The notes under the pieces were generated by a model. That model saw nothing but the letters and a program-made list of their open reading frames with translations. It had not been told where the DNA came from and did not search any database. From the NCBI GenBank assembly GCA_036679605.1, contig JAZDCZ010000254.1:64001-128000 (forward strand): DNA of 64,000 nucleotides. Direction: 5' to 3'. Positions 39,243-49,823 of the stretch are shown piece after piece. This DNA is from Gemmatimonadota bacterium (GTDB lineage: Bacteria; Gemmatimonadota; Gemmatimonadetes; Gemmatimonadales; GWC2-71-9). The first letter of the stretch is position 1; each line of letters begins with the position of its first letter. The translations under genes were made by a program, and so were the position numbers.

Positions 39243-40451
39243 TCAGCCCGATCGCGCTATCAGAGCATTCACGAAATCCCCGATGCGCGCCAGGGCACTC
39301 GACAAGTCCTTCTCCGAAGCGGCGTAAGACAACCGAACCCAGCGCTCGTCTCCGAACGCCTCTCCCGGAACTACAGCAACACCGTGGTCGGCCAACAATC
39401 GTTCGCAGAACTCTTTGGCCGAACCGATCTTGTCGCCGAAATAGCTGTCAACTCTGAAGAACAGATAGAATGCCCCCAGTGGATCAACAAACTCAACACC
39501 TGGAATTTTACTACGGAAATAGTCGACCACCATGTCGCGACGGCTGCGAAACTCATTGACCATGTGCTGCACTTCCAGATCCACACGCTCGTCGCTGAAT
39601 GCAGTGGCCGCGGCCCACTGGGATGGCTGGGAAGCGCCGCTCGTCACATGACTTTGCAGCGCCGCCATGGCTTTGACGACCGCATTCGGGGCAAGGGCAA
39701 AGCCAATACGCCATCCTGTCATGGCGAACGACTTGCTCGCACCGTAAATGACCGCAACCCGTTCCAACATCTCGTCAGGGGAATCGAGCACGGATGGAGC
39801 CGCACCAGAGCCGTAGTGGATACGCCGGTAAATCTCATCCGATATCACCCACAGACTCCTCTCTCGGGCCCAAGCGAGTATCGCCTTCAATTCCGCGCGC
39901 GTGTACACGGCGCCCGTGGGATTGACCGGTGTACAGAGAATCATCCCGGCTGTCTTGGAGGTGACCGCAGCATCGAGCTGATCTACCCCCACCTTCAAGC
40001 TCCAGTCAATGTCCCCAGGCACCATGATCGGAGTCGCCCGGGCAAGGTGCACAATTTGCGGATACGACACCCAAGCCGGGCTGGGTATCAGCACCTCGTC
40101 ACCGAAACCGAAAATGCTAAAGCAGGCATTGAATAGCGACTGCTTAGCACCAGTGGAGACGACTATGTTGTCGGCATTAACCGGGCGCCCTCCGGAGAGC
40201 AGTGACAACTGTCGAGCCACGGCCGCACGTAAGTCCAGAATTCCGGCATTGGGCGGATAGTGAGTCTTGCCCTGTTGTATCGCCTTGATGCCGGCATCCG
40301 CGATGATTCGGGGGGTTGCAAAGTCCGGTTCTCCCGCCGACAGATCCAAGATGTCTTCGCCGGCGGCCCTTCGTCTTTGAGCCTCTTGGGTGATAAATAT
40401 CGTTGCGGACGGTTCCAGGTGTCCGAGATTCGAGGACCGGTCGAAAGTCAT
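39243..40451 (-). CDS. Aspartate aminotransferase family (class I/II PLP)
   Basis: LSAGEPDF, GAKQSL, PVNPTG, ISDEIY, SKSFAMTGWRIG, VPGEAFG. Confidence 0.93.
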   Translation of the reverse strand: MTFDRSSNLGHLEPSATIFITQEAQRRRAAGEDILDLSAGEPDFATPRIIADAGIKAIQQGKTHYPPNAGILDLRAAVARQLSLLSGGRPVNADNIVVSTGAKQSLFNACFSIFGFGDEVLIPSPAWVSYPQIVHLARATPIMVPGDIDWSLKVGVDQLDAAVTSKTAGMILCTPVNPTGAVYTRAELKAILAWARERSLWVISDEIYRRIHYGSGAAPSVLDSPDEMLERVAVIYGASKSFAMTGWRIGFALAPNAVVKAMAALQSHVTSGASQPSQWAAATAFSDERVDLEVQHMVNEFRSRRDMVVDYFRSKIPGVEFVDPLGAFYLFFRVDSYFGDKIGSAKEFCERLLADHGVAVVPGEAFGDERWVRLSYAASEKDLSSALARIGDFVNALIARSG

Positions 40452-41632
40452 CTACTCACTACTCCGTAGCGTTTCAGGATCTCAAGGGTCTTCTCCAAAG
40501 GTAGCGCCTCAACCGTGCCGCGATCTCCTCGCACAGTGGTCGCCTGAAACAGCGAATTGTAGATCGCCTCTTCGGTCGCTTCGATGGTAGCCTGAAAGAG
40601 GGGGCTCATACCTCGATTCCCAACAGGTCCGGCCTCTGCGAGTTGGGACACTCGCACAGTGCTGAACGCGATCACGTAGTCGCCGGATCCGTTGGTCATG
40701 GAACTTCCCGTCCGGGCCAACCCGGCCAACGCCCGTCGCGCCACTCGGGTCAGGTTTCGGTTATCAACAGGGGCATCGGTTGCGACGACAATCATGATGG
40801 ATCCGTCGCCAGAATCCTCTATTTCTCCTCCCTCGAGTTGGTCTCGCAGATAGTACTTGCCCAACTCACGACCAACCGGAGCCCCGCCGATCCTGAGCAC
40901 TCCCCCAAAATTCGTTTGCACTAGAACCCCTACAGTCCACCCACCCAGACTCTGGGGCAGTCGGCGACTCGACGTCCCGATTCCGCCCTTCCATCCGAAG
41001 GCTACGGTGCCGCGTCCCGCACCTACGCTCCCCTGCTCTACGGATCCGGATCGGGCATTTCGTATCGCCGATAGTACATCGTCCTCCTTGATTGGACGTA
41101 GTCTTATCCGATTCAAGAAGCCGTCGTTGGTCTCGCCTACGATTGGATTCACCGATCTGACGTTCTCATTACCAGGGAGCGAAAGCAGATAGCCAAGGAC
41201 CGCGTCTGCCGCCCGGGGAACGCACAGAGTGCATGTGAGCACGATTGGCGACTCTATTTCTCCCAACTCTCTGACTTGAGTAAAACCCATCAGCTTGCCG
41301 AATCCATTTCCTACCACGATCCCGGCCGGTACTTTTTCCTGAAACGGGTTCCTACCCGGTGGCATGACTACCGTAACTCCCGTGTTGATAGAGTCACCAC
41401 TCACAACTGTAGTGTGGCCAACACGAACTCCTCGAACATCGGTGATCGCATTCAAGGGGCCGGGAGACAGCACTCCTACCACTACACCTAGCTCTCGGGC
41501 GTTCTGCCGCGCCTGAGCCTCTAGCTGCGGGACAATGGCCAGGATCACCAATGCAACTGATATCCCTTGTTTTCGTAGCATCAGAGTCGGTCTCATAGAG
41601 AATAAGATCCGGTCTAGTGATTCTATCGTCAA
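40448..41632 (-). CDS. dmpA: DmpA/P1 family L-aminopeptidase/D-esterase (self-cleaving), probably secreted
   Basis: NAITDVRGVRVGH, NGFGK, PIVGETND, KGGIGTSSR, DG|SIMIVVATDAP, GSGD. The start may be 41596 or 41581. Confidence 0.9.
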   Translation of the reverse strand: MTIESLDRILFSMRPTLMLRKQGISVALVILAIVPQLEAQARQNARELGVVVGVLSPGPLNAITDVRGVRVGHTTVVSGDSINTGVTVVMPPGRNPFQEKVPAGIVVGNGFGKLMGFTQVRELGEIESPIVLTCTLCVPRAADAVLGYLLSLPGNENVRSVNPIVGETNDGFLNRIRLRPIKEDDVLSAIRNARSGSVEQGSVGAGRGTVAFGWKGGIGTSSRRLPQSLGGWTVGVLVQTNFGGVLRIGGAPVGRELGKYYLRDQLEGGEIEDSGDGSIMIVVATDAPVDNRNLTRVARRALAGLARTGSSMTNGSGDYVIAFSTVRVSQLAEAGPVGNRGMSPLFQATIEATEEAIYNSLFQATTVRGDRGTVEALPLEKTLEILKRYGVVSR

Positions 41633-42432
41633 CGTGACGCGAAGCTATCACGTTTCCAGCGATACGGAAGCTCTACGCTGCTCCCACTAACTTGCGCAGT
41701 TTCCAATAGGTCGAACGCACTCTGCATGACAGCAATCTGCTGCGCCTTACGAAACGGCTCACCGAACACTTGGCCCAATCGGAATCGTACTACCACGTTC
41801 CGAGGAGCCGGAAGTGCGGCCGTTGCGCTGGGCATTACACTAAGTGTGACCGTGGAGATTCCGCGGGCCTCCACCGCCCTAGCTACCAGGCTCACGGACT
41901 GGTGACATGTTGGTCAGCCCGGTGATGCCAAGACGGCATCGACTCGATCGTTGGCAAACAGTTCCGCAATTTCTCCCGCGGTATCCTCGACCAACTTTTG
42001 TCGTTCGCGACCCAATATGTGGCCCATGAATGCAACATGCCGCGGGGCGCTAGCCCCTACGGTCCGTTCCAAGACCATCTCACGTAGACGCTCTATGGGA
42101 AGAACGCAATTTACATCGCGGTCGGCCGCAGTGTGATCGTAGTAATCGTGCGTTATCTGCAAATTTGCCACATCGGCCTCTGCCGGTATGATCCGAAACG
42201 TGGCGTCGCCCTCAGGGTTGCCCATATCAAATGGTTCCTGCGAATTGAGATGGACTCCCGCAGATGTGAGCAAGCCGACTCTGGCGCCCGAAAGGGGATC
42301 TACCAACCTGACAAGCTGCGGCAACGATATGGAATCTTCCCACCGCTTGCCCTTCACCTTGACATACGCCTCAGTCAGCCAAGGGAGTCTGGTATAGAGG
42401 GCCGATTTCATCCGGTTCCAGCGTCTACCCAT
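41629..42432 (-). CDS. PrdB/GrdB-like selenoprotein (267 aa), Sec encoded by TGA at 41914-41916
   Basis: Two track ORFs join in frame: DAVLASPG-U-PTCHQSVSLVARAVEARGISTV. N-terminal LLTSAGVH..QEPFD...GDATFR, HDYYD...DRDVNCVLP match the reductase B family. ATG at 42432 has an AGGAGG SD. Confidence 0.87.
41882..41913 (-). promoter_or_regulatory. Putative bacterial SECIS element
   Basis: mRNA UGA-CCAACAUGUC-ACCAG-UCC-GUGA-GC-CUGGU-AGC: ACCAG/CUGGU stem with an apical GU 18 nt after the UGA. Confidence 0.55.
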
Positions 42433-42476
42433 CCCGATATCCTCCTGAGGGTCCATTCGGCCGTTTTCCAAGACGG

Positions 42477-42505
42477 TTGCGTGACTCGGCTTCGGAAACT
42501 AGCAT
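42477..42505 (+). promoter_or_regulatory. Sigma70-type promoter TTGCGT-N17-TAGCAT
   Basis: Consensus spacing, upstream of the GTG at 42550. Confidence 0.5.
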
Positions 42506-42549
42506 CCTTTCAGCTATGTAGGTGGTTCTTCTTTGACAATCGAGGTGAA

Positions 42550-43869
42550 GTGTCCTGGGAACTTGCGCCGGAGTTCGATGCCGCGCAGCGCGCAGCGCTG
42601 AGCGCCGGAAAAAGTCTTGTTTATGTCTGTCCACCTGCCTGGTGGACAACCCTTCCCCTGTTCGAGAAACTTGGGACTCCCAGTGGCAACTCTCTCACCC
42701 TCGTTCTAGCTCCCGACCGAGCCAGTGTGGCGGACGGAGTCGCCGCACTCGGAGCTATCGAGTCTCTAGCTCCAATACACGCGCTTACAGGTTTCGGTCG
42801 CACTGCGAGCTTGCTGGTCGGGAGCAAGATCACAACCTGCATAACCACAGCACCTGATTTCTTGCAGCTGATGAGACGCAGCGGCATCGACCTGGAAACG
42901 ATAGGCCGTATCGTATTGGCGTGGCCCAACGCTCAGTTTGCGTTGGGCTGGTCCGATGCCCTTGATACGACCCTCTCTCAACTCGGTACAGTTCAGCGCA
43001 TAGTTCTGACCGAGAATCAGGAAGAGATAAACGATTTCCTGGAGCGCCACGCTCGCCGCGCGCCTGTCGTGGTGGCGGCACCAGCGCCCGGCACGCCAGA
43101 GGCGTCCCTGCGCTATGCCGTCACAGACTCAACGCGCTTGACTCAGGCCGTTCGGTCGGCGCTGGACATCATAAATCCAAAAACCATAATGATTTGGGAT
43201 CCCGACGGATCGCGTGCGGCGACGTGGCAGACGGTTCTCTGCGACGCTGAAATCTCGGTGAACACCGATCCGCCTCACAAGGTAGACTTGGCAATCGCGG
43301 TGGACCTGCCAACTGTTGAGGTCCTCCGGGAACTAGCGACAGCCGCTGATCAGATCTTGGCATTGGTTCGCCCAATCCAAGCGAACTACGTAAAGTCGTT
43401 GGCGCTCAAGACTAGGGCATTTCGTCTTCAGTCGGAGGCCGATTTGGCACGGGATCGCGCGGGCATGCTGCGCGAACGTATCCGCCACACGATCTCCAGT
43501 ACGGACACCGACGCCGCGTTGCTCACGCTGGCTCCCTTGTTCGATGAATATGACCCGACTGTTGTGGCCGCCGCCCTTGCCGTTCAGGCCGTGGCGACAA
43601 CTTCAGAGCCCGCTGACGGAGAGGTACCTGAGGCATGGGCCCGCATTCGAATCAGCGCCGGTCGCGCCGACCGGATCAGAACCGGCGATATTGTCGGCGC
43701 CCTTCTGAACGCGGTCGGCGTACAAAAGGATCAGATCGGGCGAGTCGAACAGCACGACAGATTCTCGCTAATCGAGGTACGCCCGGAGGCCTTTCAAAGA
43801 GCGCTGGATGGCCTAAACGGCATTGCCATCAGAGGTACCAACATCACTGCCCAGATCGATCGGCGATAA
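42550..43869 (+). CDS. Degenerate DEAD-box helicase-like protein with C-terminal DbpA RNA-binding domain
   Basis: C-terminal RIRISAGRADRIRTGDIVGALLN..GV.KDQIGRVE..DRFSLIEV; remnants LVLAPDR and ITTAPD; IVLAWPN in place of DEAD. GTG start after GAGGTG. Confidence 0.8.
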   Translation: MSWELAPEFDAAQRAALSAGKSLVYVCPPAWWTTLPLFEKLGTPSGNSLTLVLAPDRASVADGVAALGAIESLAPIHALTGFGRTASLLVGSKITTCITTAPDFLQLMRRSGIDLETIGRIVLAWPNAQFALGWSDALDTTLSQLGTVQRIVLTENQEEINDFLERHARRAPVVVAAPAPGTPEASLRYAVTDSTRLTQAVRSALDIINPKTIMIWDPDGSRAATWQTVLCDAEISVNTDPPHKVDLAIAVDLPTVEVLRELATAADQILALVRPIQANYVKSLALKTRAFRLQSEADLARDRAGMLRERIRHTISSTDTDAALLTLAPLFDEYDPTVVAAALAVQAVATTSEPADGEVPEAWARIRISAGRADRIRTGDIVGALLNAVGVQKDQIGRVEQHDRFSLIEVRPEAFQRALDGLNGIAIRGTNITAQIDRR

Positions 43870-43917
43870 AGCGCCTTCTCAATACTGTGTCGGAACGCCT
43901 GGGCCCATCTGGGCCGA

Positions 43918-44205
43918 TTACTTCTTGTTTACGGCGTCCTTGAGCGCCTGTCCTGCCTTGAATGCAGGTACCGTCGCCGCAGCGATCTGCAGAGACTGGC
44001 CAGTACGAGGATCTCTGCCGGTCCGGGCCGCGCGCGCGCGCGCCACAAAGCTGCCGAAACCTGTTATCTGAACCTTCCCACCCTTGGCCAGCTCGCCGGC
44101 GATGATGCCATCCGACGAGAACAGTGCTTCGACTGCCCTGGTGGCATCCGCCTTCGATATCTCGGCCCTGGACGCAATCGCATCCATCAACTCTGACTTG
44201 TTCAC
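43918..44205 (-). CDS. hup: HU DNA-binding protein
   Basis: MNKSELMDAIA...VQITGFGSF...RAARTGRDPRTG...VPAFKAGQALKDAVN; GTG start at 44205. Confidence 0.96.
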   Translation of the reverse strand: MNKSELMDAIASRAEISKADATRAVEALFSSDGIIAGELAKGGKVQITGFGSFVARARAARTGRDPRTGQSLQIAAATVPAFKAGQALKDAVNKK

Positions 44206-44314
44206 CTTTCCCCCAGTCTTTGAAGTTTCTCCCGCGCGGGCCCACACCCAACCTGCCCACGGGGCCATTAGACACCAAAACAAGTAGTAGCTCAAACGCA
44301 GTATGGCAAGCGCC

Positions 44315-44343
44315 TTGATTCTCTGGGAGGGCGGCGATAACCT
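44315..44343 (+). promoter_or_regulatory. Sigma70-type promoter TTGATT-N17-TAACCT for tdk-coaE
   Basis: Consensus spacing, 31 nt upstream of the GTG at 44375. Confidence 0.5.
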
Positions 44344-44374
44344 CATTCTCTCCCGTTCTGAAGGGGTTTTCGTA

Positions 44375-44980
44375 GTGGCACCAGGCAAGCACGCTGGCCA
44401 TCTGGAGGTGATTGCCGGCGTAATGTTCTCCGGCAAGAGTGAGGAAATGATCAGGCGCGTCCGACGGGCAGTCATCGCACGCAAGACTGTCCAGGTCTTC
44501 AAGTCGCACTTGGACGACAGATATGTCGGTGTTCAGGCGGTGACAACGCACGACGGGCTTACCGTCGAAGCCCAACCGATCGATTCATCTCGGGAGATCG
44601 TTCGTGAGATCCGCCGCGATGCCGTGGTCATAGCAATAGACGAGGCACAGTTCCTCGACCGCGGTATCGTCGAAGTGTGCACGCTCCTTGCCAACCAGGG
44701 AAGACGGGTCATTCTAGCCGGTACCGATACCGATTTCAGGGGTCTACCCTTTGGCTCGATGCCAGAGTTGATGGCCGTGGCAGAACAGGTGGACAAGCTC
44801 CACGCAATCTGTGTCGTCTGTGGAGAACCGGCTTGCCGGAATCAAAGATTGATCGACGGCCGACCCGCGGTATACGACTCCCCCACCATCATGGTCGGCG
44901 GCAGTGAAAGTTACGAAGCCCGCTGCCGCGCTTGCCACGAGGTTCCAAGGGTCGACCAGAGCCAGGTAGCATTTCTGTAA
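44375..44980 (+). CDS. tdk: Thymidine kinase
   Basis: GVMFSGKSEE, IDEAQF, DFRGLPF, AICVVCG, YEARCRACH. Confidence 0.96.
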   Translation: MAPGKHAGHLEVIAGVMFSGKSEEMIRRVRRAVIARKTVQVFKSHLDDRYVGVQAVTTHDGLTVEAQPIDSSREIVREIRRDAVVIAIDEAQFLDRGIVEVCTLLANQGRRVILAGTDTDFRGLPFGSMPELMAVAEQVDKLHAICVVCGEPACRNQRLIDGRPAVYDSPTIMVGGSESYEARCRACHEVPRVDQSQVAFL

Positions 44981-44993
44981 CCGGCGACCTCCA

Positions 44994-45617
44994 GTGTTGA
45001 ACGTAGCGCTGACCGGCAATGTCGCTGCCGGCAAATCAACCGTGCTCACCTGGTTTGCCAAGTGGGGCGCTAAGATCATCGATGCGGACCTCCTCGTACG
45101 AGAGGCACAAGAACCCGGTACGGATACCCTCGCAGCAATCGCCCGCCGTTTTGGGAAGGAAGTATTGCAAGACGACGGGTCGCTGGACCGCGCTGCTCTG
45201 CGGGGCATTGTGCTGGCTGACGATCAGGCCCTGGCCTCGCTAAACGCCATCATTCATCCCGCGGTGAGACGCCGTCGCGCCGAACTCGCTCGGGAAGCTG
45301 CAGACAGCGGAGAGCCCATCCTGATCAATGATATTCCACTGCTTTTCGAGGTACTCGATCCCAAAGATTTCGACCTGATCGTTCTGGTAGATGCACCCGT
45401 CGCTGTCCGTCGGGCCCGACTAATCGCTTCACGGGGGCTTGCCGAGGACGATGCGGATCGTCTGATCGCCTCCCAGATCCCTGCCGATCGCAAGAGGTCC
45501 CGAAGTGATATCCTGATTGAGAATGACGGTACCGAGGACCAGCTCAGGCAGAGAGCGCAGGTTGCATGGGAGCAGATCCAACAGCGGGCAGTTGACAGCC
45601 CGAGCACGCCCGAATAA
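44994..45617 (+). CDS. coaE: Dephospho-CoA kinase
   Basis: LTGNVAAGKST, IDAD, LDRAAL, IIHP, DIPLLFE. Confidence 0.95.
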   Translation: MLNVALTGNVAAGKSTVLTWFAKWGAKIIDADLLVREAQEPGTDTLAAIARRFGKEVLQDDGSLDRAALRGIVLADDQALASLNAIIHPAVRRRRAELAREAADSGEPILINDIPLLFEVLDPKDFDLIVLVDAPVAVRRARLIASRGLAEDDADRLIASQIPADRKRSRSDILIENDGTEDQLRQRAQVAWEQIQQRAVDSPSTPE

Positions 45618-45620
45618 GCT
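45592..45620 (+). promoter_or_regulatory. Promoter TTGACA-N17-TAAGCT inside the coaE 3' end, driving gcvH
   Basis: Perfect -35 and 17-bp spacer. Confidence 0.65.
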
Positions 45621-45655
45621 ACGCCTCGCCAACAACATCAGGATTACGGTGAGAG

Positions 45656-46045
45656 ATGTCGCGGATCCCTGAAGAGCTACAGTACAGCGAAGAACATGAG
45701 TACGTAACGGCGGCTGAGGAGGACGGCGTGTTCGTGGTGGGCATTACGGACTACGCGCAAGGTGAACTCGGCGACGTTGTCTACGTGGAGCTACCTGAGG
45801 TCGGCTCGACTTTCAGGCAAATGGAGGTATTTGGCACGATCGAGGCAGTCAAAGCCGTCTCCGAGTTATTCAGCCCGATGGCTGGCGAGGTGGTAGCGGT
45901 AAACGACGAACTGGATGGCAACCCGGACCTGGTGAACCAAGATCCGTACGGCGAGGGTTGGATGATCAAGATGCGGGCGTCAGATCCGGGCGAAATTGAT
46001 CGATTGTTGTCAGCCGCTGACTACGCACAGCATGTAGGCGAGTAG
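45656..46045 (+). CDS. gcvH: Glycine cleavage system H protein
   Basis: [27 protein letters not shown] lipoyl lysine, NQDPYGEGW. Confidence 0.97.
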   Translation: MSRIPEELQYSEEHEYVTAAEEDGVFVVGITDYAQGELGDVVYVELPEVGSTFRQMEVFGTIEAVKAVSELFSPMAGEVVAVNDELDGNPDLVNQDPYGEGWMIKMRASDPGEIDRLLSAADYAQHVGE

Positions 46046-46086
46046 AATACGGGAAGCGGTCATACGCTGACAGGCACTCAACCAAT

Positions 46087-46118
46087 ACGCCCCGTGACTT
46101 TCCCGGGGCGTTTGTATT
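46087..46118 (+). terminator. Terminator-like hairpin between gcvH and gcvP
   Basis: ACGCCCCG-N9-CGGGGCGT followed by TTGTATT. Confidence 0.55.
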
Positions 46119-46134
46119 AAAAGGACCACCAGCG

Positions 46135-49041
46135 ATGGGTACGGTACTACCCCACACTGATACCGAGCAGTTTATCAACCGACATATCGGACCGCGCCCG
46201 GGCGACATCGAGGTGATGCTTGAAACCTTGGGGTTCGATTCGCTCGACGCCTTGATAGCCAGAGTGGTGCCGGAAGATATACGACTTGGACGTGCTCTGG
46301 ACCTGCCACCAGCGGCTCAGGAGCACGAGGTCTTGGCCACACTGGCCGAAATCGCGAAACAGAATCAGATTTTTCGTTCATTTATTGGCATGGGGTACGC
46401 CAACTGTATCACACCGGCGGTAATCCAACGCAACATCTTGGAGAGCCCCGGATGGTATACGGCGTACACACCCTACCAGGCCGAGATCGCCCAGGGCAGG
46501 CTCGAGGCCCTGCTGAACTTTCAGACCATGGTGTCAGATCTCACCGGTCTGGAGATTGCCAACGCATCACTTCTCGACGAAGCAACGGCGGCGGCAGAGG
46601 CGATGACGATGACGGTAGCTGCTACCAAGCCGACCGATAGTACTGCGTACCTCGTAGATCAAAACTGTCACCCCCAAACAATTGCGGTTTTGGAGACCCG
46701 GGCGAGGGCACGAGGAATCGAGCTTAAAGTCGAGGATCCACATGGATTTGAATTCACGGAAGGGGTGATCGGTGCCCTGGTCCAATATCCGGGAAGCGAT
46801 GGAGCCCTGACGGACCCCGCAGCGATCTGTGACAGGGCCCACGCGGCCGGTGCGTTAGTAACGGTGGCAACCGATCTCTTAGCCCTTACGTTGCTAAGAT
46901 CGCCGGGCGAGCTGGGTGCCGATGTGGCCATCGGGAACTCACAACGGTTCGGCGTCCCACTCGGGTATGGTGGGCCTCACGCGGCGTTCTTTTCCACTCG
47001 AGCCGCATACAAGCGACTGGCGCCCGGACGCATCATCGGGGTATCGCGTGACAGTTCCGGCAATCCAGCACTCCGGATGGCGTTGCAGACTCGCGAGCAA
47101 CACATTCGCCGAGACAAGGCCACTAGTAATATCTGTACTGCACAGGTATTGCTCGCGGTCATTGCCGGTGCCTACGCCAGTTACCACGGGCCCGAAGGTC
47201 TAGTGAGAATAGCCCGTCGAGTCCACGCGCTCACCGTAACGCTGGCCAAGCTGCTGGAGCGCTTGGGACACAACGTCATACACGACGCATACTTCGATAC
47301 TTTGTGCGTGAAGATCGAGAAGTCTCTCGCCGCAAAGGTGCTCGAAGCAGCCAGGAAGTCCGGAATCAACCTGCGCGACATGCCCGATGGTAGAATCGGC
47401 ATATCATTGGACGAGATTTCTACGCTGGCGGATGTTTCGGCCATCGCGGCAGCGTTCAGATTAGACCACGGAAAAGCAGACGACGCAGAGCAGTTGGCCG
47501 AGGAGATTGGGACCAAGACCTCGATACCCGACTCGCTGCGGCGCACGTCTTCTTTCTTGACCCATCCTGTGTTCCACAGATATCGCTCGGAAACGGAGAT
47601 GCTGCGCTATCTAAAGAAACTGGAAGCCCGAGATCTGTCGCTGACTTCAGCAATGATTCCGTTGGGATCCTGCACGATGAAGTTGAACGCTACCGTCGAG
47701 ATGATTCCTATCACATGGCCGGAATTCGCCAACATTCATCCCTTCGCACCTCGTGAGCAGGCCAAGGGATATCAGGTATTGTTCGACCAACTCGAAGCTC
47801 AGCTCGCCGAGATCTCGGGGCTGCCACACACCTCGCTTCAGCCGAACGCCGGCTCGCAGGGCGAGTTCTCGGGGTTGCTCACTATCAAAGCTTACCATCA
47901 GGGCCGAGGTGATACCGAGAGATCTATCTGCCTGATACCCAGTTCCGCACACGGTACCAATCCGGCAAGTGCGATTATGGCGGGCCTAGAGGTCGTGTCC
48001 GTCGCGACGGACACGCACGGCAACATCGACGTCGACGACCTCCGAACCAAGGCTCAGGAGCGTCGCAACGAGCTGGCGGCGCTGATGGTGACTTATCCGT
48101 CCACCCACGGAGTGTTCGAAAGCACGATTCGTGAGGTCTGCGAGATCATACATGAGAATGGCGGTCAGGTGTACATGGACGGTGCGAACCTCAACGCACA
48201 GGTAGGCTTGTGCCGTCCGGGTGACATCGGCGCCGATGTCTGTCACATCAATCTTCACAAGACTTTCTGCATTCCGCACGGTGGGGGCGGACCGGGCATG
48301 GGTCCCATCTGCACCGCAGATCACCTGGCTCCCTTCCTGCCGGACCATCCCGTGATCCCGCTGGGTCACGAACTGTCATGTGGCACCATCTCCGCGGCCC
48401 CTTGGGGTAGCCCGTCCATCCTGCCGATCTCTTGGGCATACCTTGCGCTTACGGGGCCCGATGGCCAGAAGACCGCAAGCGAGATTGCCATCTTGAATGC
48501 GAACTACATAGCGCGCAGGCTACAGGATCATTTTCCTTTGGTTTATTCGGGCAATGACAACCTCATAGCGCACGAGTGTATCGTTGACGGCCGCCCCTTC
48601 AAGACAAGCGCGGGAGTCGATGTCGCAGACATAGCAACACGGCTCATGGACTATGGATTCCATGCTCCGACGGTTTCGTGGCCGGTGCATGGGACACTGA
48701 TGGTCGAGCCGACCGAGAGCGAATCCAAGGAGGAGCTAGATCGTTTCTGCGACGCAATGATTTCGATTAGAGAAGAGATCAGAGAGATCGAGGACGGTCG
48801 CGCCGATCGTGAGATCAACCTCCTCAAGATGGCTCCGCACACTCTACAGGTTATCGCCTCGGACGATTGGGACCGGCCCTACTCGCGCGAGCGGGCCGCC
48901 TTTCCGTCGCGTGAGACCCGCGATCACAAGAGCTGGCCAACGGTGGGCCGGGTCGATGGTGCTTACGGCGATCGCAATCTCGTATGTTCTCGCCCATCCG
49001 TGGCTACACACGAAGATGCGGCGGAGCCGACCGGCGTATAG
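46135..49041 (+). CDS. gcvP: Glycine dehydrogenase (single-chain P protein)
   Basis: [47 protein letters not shown]. Confidence 0.98.
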   Translation: MGTVLPHTDTEQFINRHIGPRPGDIEVMLETLGFDSLDALIARVVPEDIRLGRALDLPPAAQEHEVLATLAEIAKQNQIFRSFIGMGYANCITPAVIQRNILESPGWYTAYTPYQAEIAQGRLEALLNFQTMVSDLTGLEIANASLLDEATAAAEAMTMTVAATKPTDSTAYLVDQNCHPQTIAVLETRARARGIELKVEDPHGFEFTEGVIGALVQYPGSDGALTDPAAICDRAHAAGALVTVATDLLALTLLRSPGELGADVAIGNSQRFGVPLGYGGPHAAFFSTRAAYKRLAPGRIIGVSRDSSGNPALRMALQTREQHIRRDKATSNICTAQVLLAVIAGAYASYHGPEGLVRIARRVHALTVTLAKLLERLGHNVIHDAYFDTLCVKIEKSLAAKVLEAARKSGINLRDMPDGRIGISLDEISTLADVSAIAAAFRLDHGKADDAEQLAEEIGTKTSIPDSLRRTSSFLTHPVFHRYRSETEMLRYLKKLEARDLSLTSAMIPLGSCTMKLNATVEMIPITWPEFANIHPFAPREQAKGYQVLFDQLEAQLAEISGLPHTSLQPNAGSQGEFSGLLTIKAYHQGRGDTERSICLIPSSAHGTNPASAIMAGLEVVSVATDTHGNIDVDDLRTKAQERRNELAALMVTYPSTHGVFESTIREVCEIIHENGGQVYMDGANLNAQVGLCRPGDIGADVCHINLHKTFCIPHGGGGPGMGPICTADHLAPFLPDHPVIPLGHELSCGTISAAPWGSPSILPISWAYLALTGPDGQKTASEIAILNANYIARRLQDHFPLVYSGNDNLIAHECIVDGRPFKTSAGVDVADIATRLMDYGFHAPTVSWPVHGTLMVEPTESESKEELDRFCDAMISIREEIREIEDGRADREINLLKMAPHTLQVIASDDWDRPYSRERAAFPSRETRDHKSWPTVGRVDGAYGDRNLVCSRPSVATHEDAAEPTGV

Positions 49042-49049
49042 CAGCGACC

Positions 49050-49805
49050 GTGCTCTGGACCCTGTCTGTCGACCCTGATGGGCGACCAGGTGCTGACAAC
49101 ATGGCCCTAGATTACGCTCTCTTGCACGCAGCGCAGAACGGTCTAGGGTTCCTCCGCATCTATAAATGGTCCCCTGGTTGCCTGTCATTTGGGCGAAACG
49201 AACCAGCTAGGACTCGCTACTGCGTCGAAATGATAGCGGCTCTCGGGATCGATACGGTTCGGCGTCCCACCGGCGGACGGGCGGTCTGGCACGACGCCGA
49301 GGTGACCTACGCGGTGGCGGGACCGGCCTCAGCGTTTGGATCGCTACAAGAAACGTACAATATTGTCCATACTACTCTAGCGGCAGCACTGCGAAGGCTC
49401 GGCATCGATGCCGAGCTGGCCGCCCGCCCGAGCAAGAGACAGTCGGGAGTTGCAGGCGGTGCGTGCTTTGCCTCGCCCGCAGGAGGCGAAATCGTCGTGG
49501 GAGATCTCAAGCTCGTCGGTAGCTCACAGGTGCGTGAGGGAGATGCATTCCTCCAACATGGATCGATTCTGCTCGATGGAAACCAAGATATTGTAGCACA
49601 AGTAACTCGGGGTGACGCCACGAGACCCAATTCGACCTCTCTTTCGTCGCTGCTCGGACGAACGGTGACCTTTTCCGAAGTAGCCGAGGCGATGATGAGC
49701 GAGGTTGCGCAATCATGGGACGGGACATGGCAACAATGTGACACAATCACCGAAACCGTTGATCGAGAGAGGTTTGCCGACCCGGCCTGGACCTGGCGGC
49801 GCTGA
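49050..49805 (+). CDS. Lipoate-protein ligase/octanoyltransferase (LplA/LipM-like)
   Basis: NMALD, LRIYKW, SFGRN, VRRPTGGRAVWH, KLVGSSQ, LQHGSI; start uncertain. Confidence 0.88.
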   Translation: MLWTLSVDPDGRPGADNMALDYALLHAAQNGLGFLRIYKWSPGCLSFGRNEPARTRYCVEMIAALGIDTVRRPTGGRAVWHDAEVTYAVAGPASAFGSLQETYNIVHTTLAAALRRLGIDAELAARPSKRQSGVAGGACFASPAGGEIVVGDLKLVGSSQVREGDAFLQHGSILLDGNQDIVAQVTRGDATRPNSTSLSSLLGRTVTFSEVAEAMMSEVAQSWDGTWQQCDTITETVDRERFADPAWTWRR

Positions 49806-49823
49806 ACCGATCGAAAGGATCCG

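Noticed and set aside
41629..42471. Two separate genes or a pseudogene
   Set aside because: The stop falls exactly at the Sec position of the PrdB UxxC motif with the frame preserved; recoding is more parsimonious, pending sel gene confirmation.
42133..42549. N-terminal 139 aa of the 578-aa ORF
   Set aside because: Overlaps the selenoprotein gene antisense; the promoter and SD point to the GTG at 42550.
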